Translations under genes and position numbers: made by a program
The notes under the pieces: model-generated
Databases searched by the model: none
What the model saw: the letters and a program-made list of their open reading frames with translations, nothing else
Told to the model about the DNA's origin: nothing
Origin: an uncultured Clostridia bacterium
GTDB taxonomy: Bacteria > Bacillota > Clostridia > Oscillospirales > CAG-272
DNA: 64,000 nucleotides
Reading direction: 5' to 3'
Assembly: GCA_944393415.1 (NCBI GenBank)
Contig: CALYAD010000028.1
Span: forward strand, 9,247 to 73,246
Shown: piece after piece, positions 17,713 through 26,383 of the stretch
How the letters are laid out: every line of letters starts with the position of its first letter
How positions within the stretch are numbered: the first letter of the stretch is position 1

Positions 17713-20031
17713 TTATTTTGTAAGAACTATTGTAAGCGACTGGCCGTTTGAGGCAACATTCCTGTCAACGGTTATGGTATTGCCGCTGAAGGATAATCCC
17801 TCGTCCGCACTGCTGAGAGTGTAATTACCGCTCAGAGTAATGGTACCGCCTGTCTGGTTACCGGCTCCGTAATGAGTAAAGTCGGAGATGGCAATAGTTA
17901 TTTCGTTTTCAGTCTCTTTTACTATCATGTTACACGCAAAATCGGTGGTAATACCGTTACACTCGGCTCCCTCCCAGAAGGTGTATCCGGTTACACCGGA
18001 CGCTCCGTCCGAAACCGCCTGTACAGACTCCGTATTGGAAAGCACCGTATAATCCGGGGTTTCGGCAAAGCTGAAGAAGTCATCAATTCTCATACAGGTA
18101 GACGGGACTATTACGTACTCATAAGTCGCGTTTTCGGGAAGCTTTCCGTGATCTATCCAAACCTCGACGAAGTTTCCTCCTGAGGTGGTATTAAGCTTTA
18201 CGTAAAAATCGTCGTTCTTATCAGAGGGAATGTATATTCCTCCGTAACGCATTACATAAAACGCGTCCGGCATGACCGTGTCTCTTCCGGGAACCAGCTG
18301 TACATCGCCTTCAGCTTCAGAGCTTGTCGGTATAGAGTTATTGGAGCTGTAGAATATGTTTTCCACGACAGTTTCTATAGTCTGCTTATTGGGAGCAAGT
18401 ACGGTGTTGTCCTCATAAGTGTTATTTATTCCGGCTCCGATACACACTATCTTATTTCCGAAGAAAAACACCGATTTTTTTGCGGTGAGATCCGATCTCA
18501 GTTCCGCGTTGTTGTTTACAAAATAATAGGAGGAAACCGCCAACTCATCAAGCGTTACGAATCCGGCATAATCATTGACTCCGTTGAAGCCTCCGTTATC
18601 GTCCGGAGTTCTGTTTCTGGAATCGACCGTCGTGCCCGGGATCCTCTGCCCGTTTACATATGTCCAGTAAGTAGACGGAATTATATAATCGGAAGTATAG
18701 ATCATCAGCATACCGTCGCCGGTGTACCAACCGTTGCCGTTTATTGCCCCTATCTCATCCTTAAGCGTTTCCGGATATACCAATCTGGTTTCGTACTTGG
18801 CGGAACGATAAGAGGACAGTGAAAGAGAAGCGGAATACTCGGTGCCCAAAACGGTCAGCTTATCCATTTCCGAAAAGCTGAAGGCTCCGGTAACATATTT
18901 TTCGGTGATATCCTCGTCTTCCACGAGATTCTCGAGAGCACAGGCTCCGTAAGAGGAAAGACCTCCGATAAAAGCCGTGTTGCTGCTCATACCGTATCCC
19001 TTGACAATAGCCCTGAGCTCAGCGGCTCTTGTCTCGTCGAGTATCTCGGAAAGTCCCAGAAGAGCGGATACCGCCCGACCGCCGAGAGCGTCGGCGTCGT
19101 CAACATATGACCCTACGGTTCCTACAAAGGCAGAGCCGTTAAATATAGACGGAATGACGGAGTTCATTGCCCAGAAATAAAGAAAATCCGTAACCGCAGC
19201 GGGATCCGCGAAGTCCGCGTCTGTACCGCTTACCGCGTATGCCAGCTCTACAAGAGTGGAAAAGCCCATTACACCGTAGGAACCGGTGGATGCGGTCTTG
19301 TTGTATGCGATATAAGATCCGTCCGCATAAAGACCGTCTCCGCTTGCGACTATGCCAACGGCGTTGATCAGATAATCCGATATGATCTGAGGTATTCTGT
19401 CGTTATCACCGCTCAGTACCGCGGCTCCGAGCGCTATATAAGAGGTTCGGATAAGGTCGACAGCGTCTCCGAAGGCCGCCGGGAATTTATAATTCACCGC
19501 CGCGAGCAGATCGGGTATCTGTTTTGATTTGACCTTTCCGCTGTCGTGGAGAATGAGCAGCGATCTTACGAGATATTCGGCAGAGTCGCAGCGCTCCATC
19601 ATTGTGAGAGCGTATTCTCTCTCGCCTCTTTGTTCTTCTCCGTATATGCCCATGCCGTATTCAAGAGCGCTGTTGATCATATCAAGAATTTCTCCGTTAT
19701 GATAAAACGAAGATCTTTTTGTCGCCCACGCTTTTGTCAAAACGTAAATATTTTTAAAATGCTGTGTTCTTGTGCTCTCGCTGCCGGTTATAGTGCTTTG
19801 GGACCAGGTACCCGAAGTAAATGTGGTCCTTAGCGCCGTAACATCAGCGTCCAGCTTACTTATGTAGCTTGAGCCGACATCGGAATCCGAGCTAAGGCTT
19901 CCGTCACCGATCATCATTTCGACCAGTCTTTCCTCGACCTTCGAGTCAAGCTTTCCGCAGCCGAACAACCATAACGGCATCATCGACAGAACGAGTAATA
20001 CCGCGATCATTCTTACTAATCTGGTTTTCAT
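17713..20031 (-). CDS. polysaccharide lyase family 8-like lipoprotein
   Basis: Lipobox MMPLWLFGC. The blocks DGSYIAYNKTASTGSYGVMGF and NGWYTGDGMLMIY...GQRIPGTTV resemble the hyaluronate/chondroitin/xanthan lyase (PL8) blocks I remember. Confidence 0.6.
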   Translation of the reverse strand: MKTRLVRMIAVLLVLSMMPLWLFGCGKLDSKVEERLVEMMIGDGSLSSDSDVGSSYISKLDADVTALRTTFTSGTWSQSTITGSESTRTQHFKNIYVLTKAWATKRSSFYHNGEILDMINSALEYGMGIYGEEQRGEREYALTMMERCDSAEYLVRSLLILHDSGKVKSKQIPDLLAAVNYKFPAAFGDAVDLIRTSYIALGAAVLSGDNDRIPQIISDYLINAVGIVASGDGLYADGSYIAYNKTASTGSYGVMGFSTLVELAYAVSGTDADFADPAAVTDFLYFWAMNSVIPSIFNGSAFVGTVGSYVDDADALGGRAVSALLGLSEILDETRAAELRAIVKGYGMSSNTAFIGGLSSYGACALENLVEDEDITEKYVTGAFSFSEMDKLTVLGTEYSASLSLSSYRSAKYETRLVYPETLKDEIGAINGNGWYTGDGMLMIYTSDYIIPSTYWTYVNGQRIPGTTVDSRNRTPDDNGGFNGVNDYAGFVTLDELAVSSYYFVNNNAELRSDLTAKKSVFFFGNKIVCIGAGINNTYEDNTVLAPNKQTIETVVENIFYSSNNSIPTSSEAEGDVQLVPGRDTVMPDAFYVMRYGGIYIPSDKNDDFYVKLNTTSGGNFVEVWIDHGKLPENATYEYVIVPSTCMRIDDFFSFAETPDYTVLSNTESVQAVSDGASGVTGYTFWEGAECNGITTDFACNMIVKETENEITIAISDFTHYGAGNQTGGTITLSGNYTLSSADEGLSFSGNTITVDRNVASNGQSLTIVLTK

Positions 20032-20240
20032 TTGAATTTTCTTTCTCCTTTATGAATCCTGCTTGATTTGTGGAAAGGCACCGACACGCAAAAAGCGCTT
20101 TAATACCTATCGTCTCATAGTTTAGATTATATTATATTTCGCTTCAAAATGGTTGAACAGAGTGTTAATAATTTTATAACGAAAGAACTTTTTACATTAT
20201 GCCCTTCGCTTATTGGACACGTTCAACAAAACAAGAGATC

Positions 20241-20375
20241 TCTTTTTGTGCAAGGTTACAAATTATGAGTTTTGACACATAGAATAATAAATGCAGGAGC
20301 CTTTTTATTGCAAGATTAATAATTATGTTACAATTTAGAGATTGCTTTTTTTGCGAGGTTATGTTATAATCATGA
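20241..20375 (+). repeat. three direct copies of a roughly 30-bp motif (CTTTTTnTTGCAAGrTTAnnAATTATG) in the divergent lyase promoter region
   Basis: Copies lie at 20241-20272, 20300-20331 and 20344-20375. The cores TGCAAGGTTACAAATTATG and TGCAAGATTAATAATTATG are 16/19 identical. The third copy is weaker and overlaps a TATAAT (20365-20370). Confidence 0.6.
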
Positions 20376-20412
20376 CAAGTTTAAATTTCCAATATGAAAG
20401 GATTGATTATTT

Positions 20413-23400
20413 TTGAAGAAAGCAATATCACTGCTGCTTGTTTTAGCGACGCTCGCAGGCTGCTGTGTCGGATTCTTATCGTGTAATGGTAAGAAAACGA
20501 CTGAGACCCCGAAGCTTACATATAATGCGGATGTCATAGTGGATTTCAATGACACGGCAAATATACAGAAGGCCGGGCTGACGGCGACTACAAGCAATAT
20601 TAAAACAGCGGCGAACGCCGGCTCGCTCAACGCTTCCGCGGGTTCAAGCACGGTTCTTGAGTTTTCAAACAACGATCTGACTTCCTATAAGGAATTAAGT
20701 GTTTGGATAAACAATACGTCGTCCGCAGACATGCAGGTCAATTTCATTCTGGTCAGCGAAAACGGAAGCACCTCTGAGGAGGATTCGTATTCAGTCACGT
20801 TAAACGTGCATCCCGGATGGCATCAGTACAATATTCCTTTTTCACAGCTGATCCAGGACAACGTCCCGCTTACGGATGTAACGGTGACAGGAACACCTCT
20901 CGGAATTTCGTCTCTCAACTCTCTTAAGCTCGTAGTTACTAACGGTTCCGGCGAGCTGCTTATAGACTCCGTTTATGCGAAAACCCAGAAATACGGAACA
21001 ATAGACGGACAACAGTTTACAAAGCTCGGAAACGCGGTCTGCTTCTATGAGGACAGCTACGCGTATCTTTATGATCAGCTTCGCTATGTTCTTAAGGAGG
21101 ATGATCAGTCGGTCGGAATAAAGGCGGACGATAACACCACGTATGTTCCCGTCGATGTCCTCGCGGAACACAGGGGAGCAACCAATATTTCCTCAACCGC
21201 CGAAAAGGTATCTTTTACCTATAACGGCCAAAATTACGAATATACCCCCGATACTCAAATCGATTTTGTGGGTAACCCGCTTGCTTTCAATCCGGGCAAG
21301 GCTATGTCGGTAAAGCCGATGGTGATCGCCGACCGCATCATGATCCCGATGGAGACCTGCGCCGAGATATTCGGCTATCAGCTTTTCTATGATCAGATGG
21401 GGCTTGTTATATTCTCCGATACTGCGGATATTTACAACAGCACAAACGATTACAGCACAATCTATGAAATCATAGAAACAATTGCGTACAGCAACTACAC
21501 CGGCGCCGAGCTTATAAACGATATGAACACCCTTTATCCTGAAAACACCCATACACGTCTTATGGTAAATCAGGAGCATTTCGACAATCTCAAGGAGCTT
21601 ATCGAAACGGATCCGGTATACGCCTCATGGTTCAAGCGTTTTGAGGCAGGATACGCAAAAGGAACCGACGCATACAACGCCGCTCTGCCTAAATACGAGC
21701 TTTCGGACGGCTACAGACTGCTTGAAATGAGCCGTGATGTTATGGGAAGACTTCTTGCTAACGCTTTCCTATATAAGATGACCGATAATCCGGATTACGC
21801 CGACCTGTGCTACAGAATCATGGAAAGGACCGTAAGATTCACCGACCCTGTCACAGGCGCAAACAGCTGGCATCCGGAGCATTTCCTTGACACGGGCGAG
21901 CTGATGTACGGTGTTTCGATAGCGTATGACTGGTGCTACGACTATATGACCGAAGAACAGAGAGCGACTATTGAAAACGGAATCTGGGAAGTCGGTTACG
22001 GAGCGGCGCTCGGATTCGGTCAGCTGTATGAGTGGTGGAGTGATCCTTCTAACCTTGAAGAATATAATGCCAGTCTGGCAGCAGAAGGAGAACCGAGATA
22101 TGACGGGTATAACATCGGTAAAAACGGTGCTCCCTATCACATGGATGAATATAACGAATCCGGATACTATAACACCTTCAATTTCAACCGCAACAACTGG
22201 TCGAATAACTGGAATGCGGTATGTAACGGAGGAATGGTTATGATGGCGCTTGCCTTCGCGAACGTCAGCAGCGGCTTCAGAGAAGCGTCCGAGTATCTTC
22301 TTGACTGTTGCCTATACACCATCCCTGCCGGGCTTGAGGAGGGCTACGCCACAGACGGCGGTTATCCCGAGGGTCCAGGCTACTGGTCTTACGGTACCAC
22401 ATATTCAGTGGTATTTATGTCGGCCCTCAAAGCCTCCACCGGCTCCGATTACGGCTTTATCAACGCTCCCGGCTTCCGCGAGTCTTTCTATTTCATTAAT
22501 TCTCTCGGCTCTATTGAAAAGGGCGCGTGGAACTACCATGACGCCGGCGAGGGACGTATTGATTCGGGACTCTACTTCTGGTTTGCTTCAAATACCGGAG
22601 ACAAGAATATCGGCGGTCTCCGCTATAACTCAATACTGGAAGGCTTTAACCTCCCAGGCTACTGGGATATGATCTGGTACGCCCCCGACATATATACAAC
22701 CGATATAGATCTTTCGCTTGACGCCGCTTATTACGGCATAGACACCGTAACCTTCCGTTCCGACTGGACCAAGAACGCGCTGTTCTGCGGTCTGCACGGG
22801 GGAGCAAATAACGCGTCCCACGGAAACCTTGATATCGGTAACTTTATACTTGAATACGGCGGCACAAGATTTTTCATTGATCTCGGCTCCGACGAATACA
22901 ACCTCAAGCATGACGATTATGCGGGAGGAGACACTGTTATTTATTTCAGCAATCCGTATCGTTACTGGCTGTACCGTGAAAGAGCCGAGGGGCAGAATAC
23001 GCTTGTTATAGACCCCACAAGAGTGAATATATCCATTACTTCCGGCAGTGATAGTGCTCAGGGTAAAAACTATGACCAGATGCTGAGCGCGGTATCCGAG
23101 CTTACCAGATTTGAGTCTTCTGAGGACTCGGCTCTCGCCGTAGTAGACATGGGATGCGCGTACAGAGAAGCCGCGAGCGGTGTCCGCGGTATGCTCGTAA
23201 CCGACGACCGCTCTACTGTCATTATTCAGGATGAGATCACCTTCAACGACAACAGTGCGCACACGGTATACTGGATGGGACATGTCGGCTACACAACGGT
23301 TAACGGTCAGAGAGTAAGCGCAAAGATAACCATTTCCGAGGATAAGAAGTCAGCCGTTATAGAGCTTGAAGGAAAGTCCCTGCTGTGCACGATAGTCGTT

Positions 23401-23631
23401 CCCGAGGGATATGAATCCGATTTCTACTTTGAGGTTCAGAGCGCAAGCTACCTTCCCGAGACCGGACTTACAAACGGAAGAAACGAATACTCGCGCGAAG
23501 GTATTCAGAAGCTTGTCGCCAAGTCCACAAACTGTACCGGAGAGATCAAGCTCGCCATTGTATGCCGTCTGCTTTCCGACGGACCTTACGATTATACTTG
23601 GACCGATATAGCTGACTGGACAGTGGAATAA
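20413..23631 (+). CDS. heparinase II/III-family polysaccharide lyase-like lipoprotein
   Basis: TTG start 10 nt after GAAAGGA. Lipobox LATLAGC. WHPEHFLDTGELMYGVSIAYDWCYDYMTEEQR and HGNLDIGNFILEYGGTRFFIDLGSDEY match the heparinase II/III toroid and C-terminal blocks as I recall them. Confidence 0.65.
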   Translation: MKKAISLLLVLATLAGCCVGFLSCNGKKTTETPKLTYNADVIVDFNDTANIQKAGLTATTSNIKTAANAGSLNASAGSSTVLEFSNNDLTSYKELSVWINNTSSADMQVNFILVSENGSTSEEDSYSVTLNVHPGWHQYNIPFSQLIQDNVPLTDVTVTGTPLGISSLNSLKLVVTNGSGELLIDSVYAKTQKYGTIDGQQFTKLGNAVCFYEDSYAYLYDQLRYVLKEDDQSVGIKADDNTTYVPVDVLAEHRGATNISSTAEKVSFTYNGQNYEYTPDTQIDFVGNPLAFNPGKAMSVKPMVIADRIMIPMETCAEIFGYQLFYDQMGLVIFSDTADIYNSTNDYSTIYEIIETIAYSNYTGAELINDMNTLYPENTHTRLMVNQEHFDNLKELIETDPVYASWFKRFEAGYAKGTDAYNAALPKYELSDGYRLLEMSRDVMGRLLANAFLYKMTDNPDYADLCYRIMERTVRFTDPVTGANSWHPEHFLDTGELMYGVSIAYDWCYDYMTEEQRATIENGIWEVGYGAALGFGQLYEWWSDPSNLEEYNASLAAEGEPRYDGYNIGKNGAPYHMDEYNESGYYNTFNFNRNNWSNNWNAVCNGGMVMMALAFANVSSGFREASEYLLDCCLYTIPAGLEEGYATDGGYPEGPGYWSYGTTYSVVFMSALKASTGSDYGFINAPGFRESFYFINSLGSIEKGAWNYHDAGEGRIDSGLYFWFASNTGDKNIGGLRYNSILEGFNLPGYWDMIWYAPDIYTTDIDLSLDAAYYGIDTVTFRSDWTKNALFCGLHGGANNASHGNLDIGNFILEYGGTRFFIDLGSDEYNLKHDDYAGGDTVIYFSNPYRYWLYRERAEGQNTLVIDPTRVNISITSGSDSAQGKNYDQMLSAVSELTRFESSEDSALAVVDMGCAYREAASGVRGMLVTDDRSTVIIQDEITFNDNSAHTVYWMGHVGYTTVNGQRVSAKITISEDKKSAVIELEGKSLLCTIVVPEGYESDFYFEVQSASYLPETGLTNGRNEYSREGIQKLVAKSTNCTGEIKLAIVCRLLSDGPYDYTWTDIADWTVE

Positions 23632-23670
23632 GTATTCCTCTCTTTCAGAAAAGTTTTTGAAGGGGATCAT

Positions 23671-23710
23671 AAGGGGGAACTTTTTTCAAAAAGTTCCCCC
23701 TTAGTTTTTA
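23671..23710 (+). terminator. intrinsic terminator (member of the GGGGAAC...GTTCCCC palindrome family)
   Basis: AAGGGGGAACTTTTT/AAAAAGTTCCCCCTT followed by AGTTTTTA. Confidence 0.7.
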
Positions 23711-23749
23711 ACTGCCCCGTAATTTTATTGAAAAATTTCCTACAGGGTC

Positions 23750-23778
23750 TTGACAAAAACCGCAAACCATGTTATAAT
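23750..23778 (+). promoter_or_regulatory. sigma-A promoter of the T-box leader
   Basis: TTGACA (23750-23755), a 17-nt spacer and TATAAT (23773-23778), with TG at 23770-23771 (extended -10). Confidence 0.8.
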
Positions 23779-23784
23779 AACCTC

Positions 23785-24065
23785 AATAGCTGTGACCGGG
23801 AAGAAGTAGCCGGGTAAGTAGCGGTATTACAGAGAGCCGTCATATGGTGCAAGACGGCAGCCGCGGCCCGCGTGAATACATCCCGAGAGCTGTGGGCTGA
23901 AGTTTTTATTAGGCTTTCACCGGGTTCGCCCGTTAACGCGGCAAGAGCATAAACACAGTGTATGTGTCGTGCTTACTGAGGTCATTTCCGTGAGGAAGTG
24001 ACGAATTGAGGTGGTACCGCGGATTATTTATCCGCCCTCTGTTTTAAACGGAGGGCGGTTTTTTT
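23785..24065 (+). promoter_or_regulatory. T-box riboswitch leader, specifier UAC (Tyr), with terminator/antiterminator
   Basis: AG bulge AGAGAG and distal loop GGTGCAA are present. The specifier loop has AGAAGTAG on the 5' side and GAA-TAC-A on the 3' side (TAC at 23877-23879), closed by CGGGA/TCCCG. The T-box sequence AATTGAGGTGGTACCGCG lies at 24004-24021. The terminator CCGCCCTC/GAGGGCGG (24032-24058) is followed by T7. Confidence 0.88.
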
Positions 24066-24115
24066 ATGCTGTTTACCGTAACTCCGAAATCAAAAACGAA
24101 AGGACGATGATTTAA

Positions 24116-25708
24116 ATGGCAACCTCAGCAACAATTCTGACAATAATATTACTGGTCCTATTCTTCTCTCTTATGATCGGGATCGGTCTTTATTGCCGAA
24201 AACACGCGGATTCCGTAAACGGATTTGTACTCGGAGGACGAAATGTCGGTCCATGGCTGACCGCGTTCGCATTCGGAACATCATACTTTTCAGCGGTAAT
24301 CTTCGTTGGTTACGCGGGTCAGTTCGGATGGAACTTCGGACTTGCCTCAACCTGGATAGGTCTGGGAAACGCGTTTATCGGTTCTCTGCTGGCGTGGGTA
24401 GTGCTTGGAAGACGCACCAGATTGATGACCAACCACATAGGAAGCAAAACTATGCCGGATTTCTTTGACAAGCGTTTTGACTCGAAAAAGCTTAAGATCG
24501 CGGCGTCGGTCATAGTATTTGTATTTCTGATACCATATACCGCCTCTCTTTATAACGGTCTCTCAAGCCTATTTAATATAGCTTTCAGCGTTCCCTACTG
24601 GGTCTGTATAGTCGTTATGGCGGCACTGACCTGCGTTTATGTAATGTTCGGCGGCTATATGGCGACGGCTATAAACGATTTTATACAAGGAATAATAATG
24701 CTTGTGGGGATCATAGCGGTAGTCGCGGCGGTCCTTGTTGACAACGGAGGGCTTACGGAGGCTGTACGCAGACTCTCAGAGATTCCGAGTACATATCCCG
24801 AATCCGCAGGTCAAAGCGGAGCCTTTACTTCCTTTTTCGGCGCTCAGCCTGTGTATCTGCTTATCGTTATACTGCTGACCTCGCTCGGTACCTGGGGACT
24901 TCCGCAGATGGTCGGAAAGTTTTACTCAATTAAAAACGAGGACGCAATAAGAAAGGGAACGATAATTTCCACCATATTTGCGCTGATAGTAGCCGGCGGA
25001 TGTTATTTTATAGGAGGCTTCGGACGTCTTTACACAGACAGACTGACCGACGATCCGGATTCCTTCCGCAGCTTTGACAATATCATACCGACTATATTAT
25101 CCACACTTCCCGATGTAATAATCTCACTTGTTATTATACTTGTTCTTGCGGCCTCGATGTCTACGCTTTCCTCGCTGGTTCTTACCTCGGCGTCCACTCT
25201 CACGCTTGACGTTATATCTCCGATCAGGAAAAAATCGGATGGAAAACAGGAGCTGCTTATAATGCGCGGATTTATAGTTTTCTTCGTTGCGATATCCGCT
25301 GTAATAGCCATAATTAAAGACGCTTATCCCGAATTCACTTTTATAGCCCAGATGATGGGAATATCCTGGGGAGCATTGGCGGGAGCATTTATCGCGCCGT
25401 TTATGTACGGACTTTACAGTAAGCGTACTACACGCGCCGCGTGTGCCGCAAGCTTTATTTTCGGATGCGGGATAGAGATAGTCCAGCTGCTTATTATGCT
25501 TGGCGTATTCAGTGTGGAAGGCGGAGTTCTCGGATTTGTTTTCCAAAATTCGCTTTACTCGGGAGTGTTCGCTATGCTCGGAGGTCTTATAATTGTTCCT
25601 ATCGTAAGTCTGTTTACCAAAAAGTGTGATAAGGAAAAGGTAGATGAGATATTCAGCTGCTACAATGAGGAGGTTACTGTTCCGGTAACCGACGCTCTCG
25701 GAAAATAA
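24116..25708 (+). CDS. sodium:solute symporter (SSS) family transporter
   Basis: 530 aa and highly hydrophobic, with about 13 TM segments. The N-terminal region FVLGGRNVGPWLTAFAFGTSYFSAVIFVGYAGQ is typical of PutP/PanF-like SSS proteins. Confidence 0.8.
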   Translation: MATSATILTIILLVLFFSLMIGIGLYCRKHADSVNGFVLGGRNVGPWLTAFAFGTSYFSAVIFVGYAGQFGWNFGLASTWIGLGNAFIGSLLAWVVLGRRTRLMTNHIGSKTMPDFFDKRFDSKKLKIAASVIVFVFLIPYTASLYNGLSSLFNIAFSVPYWVCIVVMAALTCVYVMFGGYMATAINDFIQGIIMLVGIIAVVAAVLVDNGGLTEAVRRLSEIPSTYPESAGQSGAFTSFFGAQPVYLLIVILLTSLGTWGLPQMVGKFYSIKNEDAIRKGTIISTIFALIVAGGCYFIGGFGRLYTDRLTDDPDSFRSFDNIIPTILSTLPDVIISLVIILVLAASMSTLSSLVLTSASTLTLDVISPIRKKSDGKQELLIMRGFIVFFVAISAVIAIIKDAYPEFTFIAQMMGISWGALAGAFIAPFMYGLYSKRTTRAACAASFIFGCGIEIVQLLIMLGVFSVEGGVLGFVFQNSLYSGVFAMLGGLIIVPIVSLFTKKCDKEKVDEIFSCYNEEVTVPVTDALGK

Positions 25709-25786
25709 TAGGAATTTATCATTAATACAGTGTTTACTGTTACAATCTTCCTAAAACTTCTCTTTCAGAGAAGTTTTTGAAGGTTT

Positions 25787-25818
25787 TAAGGGGAACTTTT
25801 TTCAAAAAGTTCCCCTTA
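25787..25818. terminator. bidirectional palindromic terminator between convergent genes
   Basis: TAAGGGGAACTTTTTTCAAAAAGTTCCCCTTA is a palindrome flanked by T/A-rich sequence on both sides. Confidence 0.65.
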
Positions 25819-25838
25819 AATATTTTACGGTAAATGCA

Positions 25839-26339
25839 TTATTCCCTGCTCGGCTCTTCTATATAAACTATTTTATTAACACCGCCGTATTCTACATATC
25901 CGATCTTCAGGTATTGACCATTACCCGTTATAACTCCGCCTTCGGCGCTTGGCTCATTGTAGCCATAGTCAAAGCCGGACTCATAAGAAAAATAAATTCC
26001 GTCAATTGTAAAGCTTTCCTCTCCGTTTCCTTTATTCTGCATCGGAGTGAAGTTCTCAACAAAACCCGTCACGGTAAGATATTCACCGCTTTGATACGCG
26101 TCCATAAGAGCTTTATATTCACGTACTGAACTTATGGCAAAAACTGTAGTAACAGTTATTATAATAAGAGTAAGAGATACGGAAATAATATTTATTAAAC
26201 GTATATTTAAATTTATCAGCTGTTTTTTGCATATTTTTTCCAGGATCAAAGGCGCTGAGAGTATAACCGCGGCTAAAATCACCGGAATTATCATCAGGGG
26301 ATCAAAACGAACTCCTATTTCATACAGAATGTTTTCCAA
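25839..26339 (-). CDS. membrane protein of unknown function (two N-terminal TM segments plus a small soluble domain)
   Basis: 166-aa ORF with hydrophobic stretches PLMIIPVILAAVILSAPLIL and IISVSLTLIIITVTTVFAI. I recognise no family motif. Confidence 0.5.
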   Translation of the reverse strand: MENILYEIGVRFDPLMIIPVILAAVILSAPLILEKICKKQLINLNIRLINIISVSLTLIIITVTTVFAISSVREYKALMDAYQSGEYLTVTGFVENFTPMQNKGNGEESFTIDGIYFSYESGFDYGYNEPSAEGGVITGNGQYLKIGYVEYGGVNKIVYIEEPSRE

Positions 26340-26383
26340 AATGTTTCTCCGTTCGGATATATTTTCACTGATATTATGCCCAA

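Noticed and set aside
22630-23283. 217-aa minus-strand ORF
   Set aside because: It lies entirely antisense within the heparinase II/III-like gene, which has strong family motifs. It has no start context of its own.
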